From Mycoplasmoides pneumoniae FH (GTDB lineage: Bacteria; Bacillota_I; Bacilli_A; Mycoplasmatales; Mycoplasmoidaceae), in NCBI RefSeq assembly GCF_001272835.1, contig NZ_CP010546.1:90001-122000 (forward strand): a stretch of DNA of 32,000 nt. The letters run 5' to 3'. Each line of letters begins with the position of its first letter. Position 1 is the stretch's first letter. The notes beneath the pieces are model-generated. The model was not told the origin of the DNA and did no database searches. It saw nothing but the letters and a program-made list of their open reading frames with translations. Both the position numbers and the translations under genes were made by a program. Shown here piece by piece: positions 21,450 to 32,000 of this stretch.

Positions 21450-22577
21450 GTGGAGATTAAAACTTACAAAATTAAAGATATTTGTGAAGCTTCACATGGA
21501 AGAGAAATAAATACTAAATATCTCCGTGAAAATCAAGGAATTTATCCTGTTTATTCATCAGCAACTTCTAATGAAGGTGAAATGGGCAGAATCAAAACTT
21601 ACGATTTTGATGGTGAATATGTTACCTGAACTACACGTTGAAGTTATGCCGGTAGCATTTACTATCGAAATGGTAAATTTAGTGCTTCCTCAAATTGTGG
21701 AATTTTAAAAGTTTTAAATAAGGAAATAAATCCTAAATTTTTAGCTTATGCTTTAAAAAAAGAAGCAAAAAAATTTGTTAATACAACTTCTGCTATTCCT
21801 ATCCTTAGAACGCAAAAAGTTGTCGAAATTCCCATTGATTTCCCACCCTTGCAAATTCAAGAAAAAATTGCTACTATCTTAGATACTTTTACCGAGCTAA
21901 GCGCCGAGCTAAGCGCCGAGCTAAGCGCCGAGCTAAGCGCCGAGCTAAGAGAGCGAAAGAAGCAGTATGCCTTCTATTGCGATTATTTACTTAACCCAAA
22001 AAATTGAAAAGAGGAAAATAAATATTACAAGCTGGGAGAAATAGCTCAAAAAGTTTTAGTAGGTGGTGAAAAGCCTGCTGATTTTAGTAAGGAAAAGAAC
22101 GAAGTTTATAAATATCCAATTCTTTCTAACAACAGTAAAGCTGAGGAATTTTTGGTTTACAGTAAAACTTTTCGAGTTGAAGAAAAATCCATTACGGTAA
22201 GTGCTAGAGGCACAATTGGTGCCGTTTTCTATCGTGATTTTGCTTATTTGCCTGCTGTTAGTTTAATTTGCTTTGTACCTAAAGAAGAATTTGATATAAG
22301 GTTTTTATTCCACGCATTAAGAGCCATTAAATTTAAAAAGCAAGGCTCTGCAACAGGCCAGTTAACAGTGGCTCAATTTAAGGAGTATGGTATTCATGTA
22401 CCTTCGCTGAAAAAACAGAAAGAAATCGCTGCTATCTTAGATCCACTTTACAGCTTTTTTACTGATCTAAACGAAGGTATTCCTGCTGAAATTGAACTGT
22501 GCAAAAAGCAATTGGATTACTATCAGAACTTCTTATTTAATTGAGTGCAAAACCAAAAAGCAGCATCAATCCTGTAA
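21450..22577 (+). CDS. hsdS: Type I restriction-modification specificity subunit HsdS, 375 aa
   Basis: GTG 21450 lies just after the in-frame TAA at 21435, and the ORF runs to TAA 22575-22577 with 4 in-frame TGA codons. Track ORF 22152..22544 is its 3' part. There are two target-recognition-like halves separated by a helical central region (ILDTFTELSAELSAELSAELSAELRERKKQYAFYCDYLL). A matching C-terminal conserved helix is present (ILDPLYSFFTDLNEGIPAEIELCKKQLDYYQNFLF). Confidence 0.85.
21894..21949 (+). repeat. 12-bp tandem repeat GAGCTAAGCGCC x4 plus an 8-nt partial copy, in frame inside hsdS, encoding (ELSA)4
   Basis: Read directly from the sequence: units at 21894, 21906, 21918 and 21930, then GAGCTAAG at 21942-21949. 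Confidence 0.95.
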
Positions 22578-22731
22578 GCAAAGAACTTTTTCTCTATGTT
22601 CTTTTAGTGCATTTTCTAACTGAAAATATCCAAGTAATTAGTTGTATTTTTCAGAAAGCTTAACTAAAATTCCATTGATTCGGTAGTTTGTTTATTTAAG
22701 TATTTGGCCAACATGACCAAATAAATTTTTT

Positions 22732-23721
22732 ATGCAAACTATCTTAACTGATCAAGCTAGCTTCAACATATTAACTAGCAAGAGAAATTTAATTAATAAA
22801 TTAACTATTACAAACATAGTGCTTTGAGCACTGTTTGTCTTTTGTGCAATAGCCACAGCCTTTTTAGCTATCAGCCATTCTTTTCACAAGAATTTTTCTT
22901 TTTTTCTGGAGTCTGGAAATTCAAACAACGAAGGTGAAACAACAACGAAAGTTAATATTCACGTTCTTGTAGCTCAAATATTAACCCCCATTTTTACAGT
23001 TTTACTGATTCTTTGTTGAATGGGCAACATCGGGATTAACAGTTTATTGTTCGGTCAACTAAGTATTTGCCAACAATTTCAAAATGAGAAAAAATGATTA
23101 TTGTGAGCCATCTTTATCCCACAACTCACACTAACTAACTCACTGTTAGTAAGAGAAAAACTGAAGAACATTTTGGATGCAAATAGCAATAGTTCTACTC
23201 AAAAGAACAGACTTACTTGATGGATGATTGGCTTTTTTGTTGTTTGATTTATCCAACTTTTTCTAGGTTTCTTAATTTATTTACCAGCTTACAGTGCTGA
23301 AGCTCGCTTAAATTTAAATTTATCTTTTTTATCCTTTGCCTTAAATTCACCTTTACCAGTAGGGCACGCAGCCAATGGCTATTTTTTCTTAGGTTTGATT
23401 TTTGCATTTATGGATTTAACCATAATAGTACTCCTAGTTATTAGTGGCTTCATCTTGAAGCATTTAATTCAAACTAATAAAACTGAGCACAAAAAATACC
23501 AACTAATGTTTTTCTGAACTGCTTTAGCAATTGATGTAATTGGGCTAATTATGACCATTTCATTTATAGTTGTTAGCTTTTCCTTAGAAAAAGGAGATGA
23601 CTACTTATTAAAAACACCTTTCTTTGGTAGTTCATTGATGGCATTAATTACTATTGCAACGCTTGTAACTACAATCCTTTTATTTATTAGATTTAATAAA
23701 AAAAGATTACTTAAAAATTAA
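22732..23721 (+). CDS. Stand-alone N-module multi-pass membrane protein, 329 aa
   Basis: I hand-translated ATG 22732 to TAA 23719-23721. It has 7 in-frame TGA codons and no TAA or TAG, which is why the track shows nothing here. The architecture and motif (FIPQLTLTNSLLVREKL) resemble the N halves at 17244 and 18829. Confidence 0.75.
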
Positions 23722-23724
23722 TAA

Positions 23725-24528
23725 ATAGTTTCCAACACCTACCTCCTCCAAGACCACAACACCCTCACCCCCTACACGCCCTTTACGACACCGCTCAATG
23801 GGGGGCTGGATGTTGTGCGCGCCGCCCATTTACACACCTCATACGAACTCGTGGACTGAAAGGTGGGACAGAACAAGTTGGTGGCGCTGGTCCGCTCAGC
23901 GTTGGTCAGGGTGAAGTTTCAAGATAGTTCGAGCCAACAAGGCACTGAGAGTAATGGCCAAGACCAAAATGCCCTTAGTTTTGATACCACCAAGTCCCAA
24001 CAAGCCTTACAGCAAGCTGGCGATCAATCAGGAACTTCATCTAATTCCACCCAAGAAGACTTCGCCAGCTACATCCTCATCTTTAAAGCCGCGCCCAGGG
24101 CCACGTGGGTGTTTGAACGCAAGATTAAGTTGGCGTTGCCCTACGTTAAGCAGGAAAGTCAGGGTTCCGACGATCAAGGTTCCAATGGTAAGGGCTCCCT
24201 CTACACCACCTTAAAAGACCTCCTCGTCGAACAACCCGTGACCCCTTACACGCCCAATGCGGGGTTAGCCCGGGTGAATGGGGTTGCTCAGGACAAGGTG
24301 CATGGGTTGGAGTCTGGGTGAGACAACCAACGTTCCCAAAAAAACCTCACCAACAACCCCGGACCCAAAGCCGTCACCGGCTTTAAGCTCGATAAGGGCC
24401 GCGCGTACCGGAAGCTGAATGAAAGTTGACCGGTGTCGAACCCCTCGATTCGACCAAGGCTGGCAAGGGGAAAAGTTCCACAGAATGAAAAACGGAGGAG
24501 ACAAATGCTAAGAGTGATGCTCCCCTAG
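23725..24528 (+). pseudogene. MgpC/ORF6-like fragment 1 (frame 1)
   Basis: The frame is open from 23725 to TAG 24526-24528 in code 4 and contains track ORF 23863..24321. Homology to ORF6 is lost after ...NESWPV (about 24433), where it moves to another frame. There is no credible start at the homology boundary. Confidence 0.55.
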
Positions 24529-24812
24529 CTAATGGTCAGCAAGTGGGGGCTGGAAGTGCTTTTGGTTTACAAGGCAATGGCTCGAACAGTTCGGGGTTAA
24601 GACCGCTCTTGAAGCACACCGCCCAAATTAATTTAAGGCAAACCCAAGACAACGCGCAAACTGGTAAATTCTCCAAATACCTCAACACCGCCCAGGCCTT
24701 GCACCAGATGGGGGTGATAGTGCCATCTTTGGAAACGTGACCTGGTAAACCAAGTACTGGAATCGCTACCCGTGCTGCTGGTGGTGTTTCAGTCCAAGCA
24801 GCGACTCGGCTC
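24435..24812 (+). pseudogene. MgpC/ORF6-like fragment 2 (frame 0)
   Basis: The frame-0 reading VEPLDSTKAGKGK...GLQGNGSNSSGLRPLL...FSKYLNTAQALHQMGVIVPSLETW continues the ORF6 homology and contains track ORF 24543..24740. Homology leaves this frame near 24810. Confidence 0.55.
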
Positions 24813-25359
24813 GACTTCTACAAATGAAGATCTGCCGAATGTAATAACAAAGTTATACCACACCTCCACGTCCCAACTCGCTTACTTAAATGGCCAGATC
24901 GTTGTGATGGGTTCAAACGCGGTACCGAGTTTGTTGTATTGGGTTGTCGGGGAGGACCAGGAATCGGGTCGCGCAACCTGATGAGCCCACACCGAGCTCA
25001 ACTGGGGCACCGACAAGCAGAAGCAGTTTGTCGAAAACCAGTTGGGTTTTAAAGATGACTCCAATTCGGATTCCAAGAATTCGAATTTGAAGGCTCAAGG
25101 CCTCACCCAACCCGCCTACCTCATCGCCGGTCTTGACGTTGTGGCCGACCACCTCGTCTTTGCGGCCTTTAAAGCGGGCGCGGTGGGGTATGATATGAGC
25201 ACGGAAAACAGTGCTGCCACCAAAGACCAAGCACTCGCCTGGTCGACCACGGCCGGGTTGGACAGTGCTGGGGGGTACAAGGCCTTGGTGGAAAACACGG
25301 CCGGCTCAACGGTCCGATTAATGGCTTGTTTACCCTGCTCGACAGCTTTGCCTATGTGA
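24772..25359 (+). pseudogene. MgpC/ORF6-like fragment 3 (frame 1)
   Basis: Track ORFs 24772..24981 and 25042..25359 are joined by TGA-TGA (ATWWAHTELNWGTDKQKQFVENQLGFKDD...). Homology leaves this frame near 25305. Confidence 0.55.
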
Positions 25360-25811
25360 CCCCGGTGAGTGGCATGAAAGGGGGTAGTCAGAATAACGAA
25401 GAAGTGCAGACCAAGTATCCCGTTAAGGATGATAGTAAGGCTTCCGCCAAAATTGCGTCCTTAATTAATGCCAGCCCACTCAACAGTTATGGGGATGATG
25501 GCGTGACCGTGTTTGATGCCCTGGGCCTTAACTTTAACTTTAAGTTGAACGAGGCGCGCTTGCCGTCGCGCACCGACCAACTGCTTGTGTATGGGATTGT
25601 AAACGAAAGTGAACTGAAGTCCGCGCGCGAAAATGCCCAATCAACTTCCGACGCTAATTCGAACACCAAAGTCAAGTGAACCAACACCGCCTTGCACTAC
25701 CTCCCCGTGCCGTATTACTATAGTGCCAATTTCCCCGAAGTCGGTAACAGAAGAAGAGCGGAGCAGCGGAATGGGGTGATAACAATAAAAAGGCCATCTA
25801 CCCAGAGGTAA
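25326..25811 (+). pseudogene. MgpC/ORF6-like fragment 4 (frame 0)
   Basis: Track ORF 25326..25679 reads through TGA to TAA 25809-25811 (..KVKWTNTALHYLPVPYYYSANFPEVGNRRRAEQRNGV..). Confidence 0.55.
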
Positions 25812-26244
25812 GAGGCAGACAGCTCCAAAATATTTTTGACGATTGGAAAACTAACAAAAGCTGTTAGTTTGATGTAGAGGCAAAACTATGAATTTACTAA
25901 ATTTATTTAAATCAGCGGGAGCAGGCTCGTTTTTTTAACACAAGTCACTCTATCTGCTCCCACTAAATAAATTGAGACAGATTTTCAAAATAGCCAAAAA
26001 GTTTGAATATTTTGCAATTTGGGTTTACAACTCCATCTAACTATTAGTAGGAACTTTTACTTTCAAAAAAACTTTTTGGTTTATTTTTGGTGTCTTTACT
26101 AACTTAAAGCAATTTAGTTAGTGTAAGCACAAAAACCGTTATGTGTAATGTTTTTATTAATTTAGCAAAACAGCTGAACTTAGTTGGCAGCACTACTGCA
26201 AGTTGTAGTTTTCTCAACCTCTTTCAGAAAGGAGTTATTGCTTA

Positions 26245-26667
26245 ATGAAAGAGAAAATTCCGTTTTATAACGAAAAAGAATTCCATGACATGATGAAAAA
26301 GACCAAAAAGGGCACTTTTTCGGGATGATACATCATTGACAAAGATAACAAAAGTGTGGAATTCTCTGGCAATTTCAACAGACAATTTAAACTTAACAAA
26401 CCGGTTATACCAGTGAACACAGAATACGTAACGCGTAAAGAGTTTAATGAGTACAAAGACTCAAACGACCAACGACTTACAAAGATTGAAACCACTTTGG
26501 CCGCCCAAGGTGAACAAATAAGAATCCAGGGTGAGCAAATTAAAGAACTTCAAATCGAGCAAAAAGCTCAGGGAAAAACCTTAAAGCTAATCTTGCAAAC
26601 GCTGCAAAAGATGAGCGATCGTTTGAACAAGATGGATGTTCGTCTAGATAAACTAGAGTCTAAGTAG
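26245..26667 (+). CDS. DUF16 (UPF0134) family coiled-coil protein, 140 aa
   Basis: An AAAGGAG box at 26228-26234 lies 10 nt before ATG 26245, and there is one TGA (FSGWYII). Track ORF 26356..26667 is its 3' part. The N-terminus [13 protein letters not shown] and the heptad-rich tail ([28 protein letters not shown]) match the M. pneumoniae DUF16 multigene family as I recall it. Confidence 0.85.
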
Positions 26668-26685
26668 ATATTATTCAAAATAAAG

Positions 26686-26732
26686 AATACCAGCAATTAG
26701 TCTTTAAAAGATAGTTGTTGGTATTTTTATTC
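26686..26732 (+). terminator. Rho-independent terminator after the DUF16 gene
   Basis: The arms AATACCAGCAA (26686-26696) and TTGTTGGTATT (26715-26725) form an 11-bp stem with one G-U pair and an 18-nt loop, followed by TTTTATT. Confidence 0.55.
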
Positions 26733-26925
26733 ATTTAATACTTTCTAAAAACTTTTTGCAATTTTGTTGGCACTTCTCAATAAGCCGGTCAATTTATTTA
26801 GTGGAAGAGCAAAATGCAAATCTTTAATTTTTGAAATTGATCAGCAAAGCGTCTGATCCCTGTTGGCAACTTAGTTGAAAGTTTTATTTACTTTCCAAAC
26901 CTTACAAAGAAAGGAGGATTTAAAC

Positions 26926-27132
26926 ATGAAAAAAGTTAAAGCATTAAGGAATCTTTTTCTAGAAAAAGCCGAAGAAAAGCTTAAATACCCCAAAATTGCT
27001 TCAATGGTAGCTTACTTTGATCCAAAGGAAGATGGTACTTGTGAATTCATTATGAAAATTAAAACTGTCAATGAAGTTACTGATAACGAAGTAAAAAGCG
27101 AGGAAAAGCCTTTAGGCACTTGAAAGAGTTAG
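26926..27132 (+). CDS. Hypothetical small protein, 68 aa
   Basis: AAGGAGG at 26911-26917 lies 8 nt before ATG 26926. The ORF reads through TGA 27121 to TAG 27130-27132 (MKKVKALRNLFLEKAEEKLKYPKIASMVAYFDPKEDGTCEFIMKIKTVNEVTDNEVKSEEKPLGTWKS). The track start at 26875 (TTG) is less likely. It is followed by a terminator. Confidence 0.5.
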
Positions 27133-27162
27133 TTGATTTTTTGGTCTAAAAAGACATAAATT

Positions 27163-27204
27163 TACCAACAGTAAGTGTTAAAACTTGCTGTTGGTATTTT
27201 TATT
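27163..27204 (+). terminator. Rho-independent terminator after the 68-codon gene
   Basis: A perfect 9-bp stem, TACCAACAG (27163-27171) with CTGTTGGTA (27188-27196), is followed by TTTTTATT. Confidence 0.6.
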
Positions 27205-27886
27205 CTCCCCCACGCTTTCCCGTTTCTCCACCGGGTTCAACCTCGCGGGGACTGTTTTGGACCAGGTGTTGGATTATGTTCCCTGGATTGGGAATGGGTA
27301 CAGGTATGGGAATGACCACCGGGGGAGCAACAGTAGTACGAGTGGGGTAACGACCCAGGGACAATCCCAAAATGCATCCAGTAACGAACCCGCACCGACG
27401 TTTTCGAATGTCGGCGTTGGTCTCAAAGCCAACGTCCAAGCGACGCTCGGGGGCAGTCAGACGACGACTACCAAGGGTTCGCCTTGAAGAACCCTCGACC
27501 CAGCCAACCTCCAGCTCTGAACCGGCGCGGGGTGAAGGAATGATAAGGCTTCAAACAAACAAAGTGACGAAAACCACACCACCTTTAAAAGCGCTACGGG
27601 GATGGGCCAGCAGGGACAATCAGGTACCTCCGCGGGGAATCCCGATGCGTTAAAGCAGGATAAAATCACCAAGGAAAACTCGGGCAATCTCAAAACGGAG
27701 GATGGTACTGCTACTAATTCGACGACGGCATTCGCGTCGAATTACACCAACCTCCCCCCCACCGCTGATTGACCGAACGCGCTGTCATTCACCAATAAGA
27801 ACAACGCGCAGCGCGCCCAGCTGTTCCTGCGCGGCCTGTTGGGCAGCATCCCGGTGTTGGTCAATAAGAGTGGTGAAAATAACTAA
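27185..27886 (+). pseudogene. P1 adhesin-like fragment ORF
   Basis: The code-4 open frame runs from TTG 27185 (inside the preceding terminator, so not a credible start) to in-frame TAA 27884-27886. P1 homology continues in the same frame past that stop to about 27982. Confidence 0.5.
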
Positions 27887-27982
27887 AAATTCCAAGCCAC
27901 CGACCAAAAATGGTCGTATGCCGACTTAAAAACAGACCAAACCAAACTCAACCTCCCCGCTTACGGCGAGGTGAATGGGCTA
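27205..27982 (+). repeat. Truncated RepMP2/3-type element: silent partial copy of the P1 adhesin gene
   Basis: This GC-rich block translates (code 4) to [30 protein letters not shown]...ANLQLWTGAGWRNDKAS...[36 protein letters not shown]...[26 protein letters not shown]. That matches the central P1 region as I recall it. Composition drops sharply to AT-rich at 27982. Confidence 0.75.
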
Positions 27983-28206
27983 ATATTTCTAAAAATTCAG
28001 TTTATAAGCAAAACTTATTAGTTAATCAACAGTTTGAAAAAGTTTTATTCTGAACCTATTAAATGTTAATAAAAGTTAATAGAAATAATAAAAAAACTTA
28101 TGTAAGTATCACGAACACTCTTTTTAAATTCTTAGAAAAATGCACTTTTTTCCACTTTTTATAGCGATTTCTTTTGCATTCTTTAAACATAAATAAAAAG
28201 TTTTTC

Positions 28207-28214
28207 TGTATAAT
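28207..28214 (+). promoter_or_regulatory. Candidate rRNA operon promoter -10 (TG-TATAAT)
   Basis: A consensus TATAAT at 28209-28214 is preceded by TG. It has an AT-rich upstream region and lies about 70 nt before the mature 16S 5' end. No good -35 is visible. Confidence 0.5.
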
Positions 28215-28249
28215 CTTCAGGCTGTTGACAACTCTGTCGACGCCGAAAA

Positions 28250-28265
28250 TGTTCTTTCAAAACTG
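28250..28265 (+). promoter_or_regulatory. boxA-like antitermination element in the rRNA leader
   Basis: TGTTCTTTCAAAACTG closely resembles the Gram-positive rRNA leader boxA TGTTCTTTGAAAACT (recalled). It sits between the promoter and 16S. Confidence 0.5.
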
Positions 28266-28282
28266 GATGCAATCTGTCAATT

Positions 28283-29799
<1,517 letters not shown>

Positions 29800-30026
29800 A
29801 ATGGAGTTTTTTACTTTTTCTTTTCATCTTTAATAAAGATAAATACTAAACAAAACATCAAAATCCATTTATTTATCGGTGGTAAATTAAACCCAAATCC
29901 CTGTTTGGTCTCACAACTAACATATTTGGTCAGATTGTATCCAGTTCTGAAAGAACATTTCCGCTTCTTTCAAAACTGAAAACGACAATCTTTCTAGTTC
30001 CAAATAAATACCAAAGGATCAATACA
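29800..30026 (+). other. 16S-23S internal transcribed spacer, no tRNA
   Basis: This AT-rich 227-nt spacer shows no cloverleaf-compatible sequence. It contains a second boxA-like copy. Confidence 0.8.
29963..29978 (+). promoter_or_regulatory. Second boxA-like element in the spacer upstream of 23S
   Basis: GCTTCTTTCAAAACTG shares an exact 14-mer, TTCTTTCAAAACTG, with the leader copy (28252-28265 vs 29965-29978). Confidence 0.4.

Positions 30027-32000
<1,974 letters not shown>

Larger units (their letters stand above)
23731..25790 (+). repeat. RepMP5-type element: silent partial copy of the ORF6 (P40/P90, MgpC-like) adhesin-operon gene
   Basis: GC content rises abruptly at 23731. The translation matches my recollection of ORF6/MPN142 (NTYLLQDHNTLTPYTPF..., YRKLNESWPV, FSKYLNTAQALHQMGVIVP, LPNVITKLYHTSTSQLAYLNGQIVVMGS, GLTQPAYLIAGLDVVADHLVFAAFKAGAVGYDM, LPVPYYYSANFPE). 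Collinearity requires three frame changes. Confidence 0.8.

Noticed and set aside
21526-21708. Track ORF (60 aa, plus strand) inside the hsdS region
   Set aside because: It is in the wrong frame relative to the HsdS reading that runs from GTG 21450. It appears only because the true frame is interrupted by TGA codons under the standard code.
21894-21949. Possible CRISPR-like or minisatellite array
   Set aside because: It is a single 12-bp unit repeated head to tail with no spacers, in frame inside hsdS. It is a coding tandem repeat, not a CRISPR array. No cas genes are present in the window.
22707-22731. Hairpin ATTTGGCCA-aca-TGACCAAAT as the hsdS terminator
   Set aside because: The stem has one mismatch, the hairpin lies about 130 nt past the stop, and the T-run is separated from it by AAA. 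Plausible, but not strong enough to list as a feature.
17150-23725. AT-rich island as a prophage, ICE, IS element or defence island
   Set aside because: I could not recognise any integrase, transposase, recombinase, capsid, nuclease or ATPase motifs. I saw no terminal inverted or direct repeats. Apart from the orphan hsdS there is no defence-type gene. It is retained only as a compositional observation.
24265-25687. Antisense and alternate-frame ORFs in the RepMP5 block (24265..24504-, 24882..25076-, 24913..25230-, 25116..25298-, 25487..25687-, 23954..24214+)
   Set aside because: GC-rich sequence is poor in AT-rich stop codons, so long spurious frames are expected. The sense frames carry the ORF6 homology.
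25888-25938. 16-codon ORF MNLLNLFKSAGAGSFF
   Set aside because: It is too short, has no RBS, and coincides with one arm of the palindrome reported in the findings. It is more likely a non-coding structure.
27200-27929. ORFs 27200..27439(-), 27372..27653(+), 27457..27693(-), 27702..27929(+) in the P1-like block
   Set aside because: Same reasoning as above. Only one plus-strand frame carries P1 homology. These products are Arg/Pro-rich and low-complexity, typical of off-frame GC-rich readings.
28225-28250. Perfect TTGACA (28225-28230) as the -35 of a second rRNA promoter
   Set aside because: The best downstream -10-like hexamer (GAAAAT, 28245-28250) is only 14 nt away and is weak. I kept only the TG-TATAAT candidate upstream.
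29800-30026. tRNA genes in the 16S-23S spacer
   Set aside because: I looked for acceptor/T-arm signatures (GTTCGAATC-like) and found none. The spacer is short and AT-rich.

Overview
This window appears to be Mycoplasma (Mycoplasmoides) pneumoniae chromosome: about 28 kb upstream of the rRNA operon, running into it. The identification rests on my recall of the 16S sequence and of the P1/ORF6 adhesin repeat copies. Locus and family names are unverified because no search was possible. The supplied ORF track used the standard code, but this genome reads TGA as Trp (code 4). Many track ORFs are therefore same-frame fragments of one gene, separated by single TGA codons. After merging, the content in order is:
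- Two tandem MFS transporter paralogs and tRNA-Ser(GCU) on the minus strand.
- A long co-directional plus-strand block: fruA, fruK, a 53-codon TM ORF, a 1386-aa FtsX/MacB-type ABC permease, an ABC ATPase, transketolase and two DUF31 lipoproteins.
- An AT-rich island (about 17.15-23.73 kb) holding a modular multi-pass membrane-protein family in intact, split and decayed copies, plus an orphan type I hsdS with an in-frame 12-bp x4 repeat.
- GC-rich silent adhesin cassettes (RepMP5, ORF6/MgpC-like, and a truncated P1-like RepMP2/3) flanking a DUF16 gene and a 68-codon gene.
- The rRNA promoter and boxA, 16S, a tRNA-less spacer and the 5' two thirds of 23S.
I found no CRISPR array, transposase, prophage or recognisable defence operon, and no convincing evidence for a wholly new system. 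The least explained content is the AT-rich modular-gene island, the short inverted repeats around the DUF16 cassette, and a 2-nt frameshift at the start of one MFS paralog.
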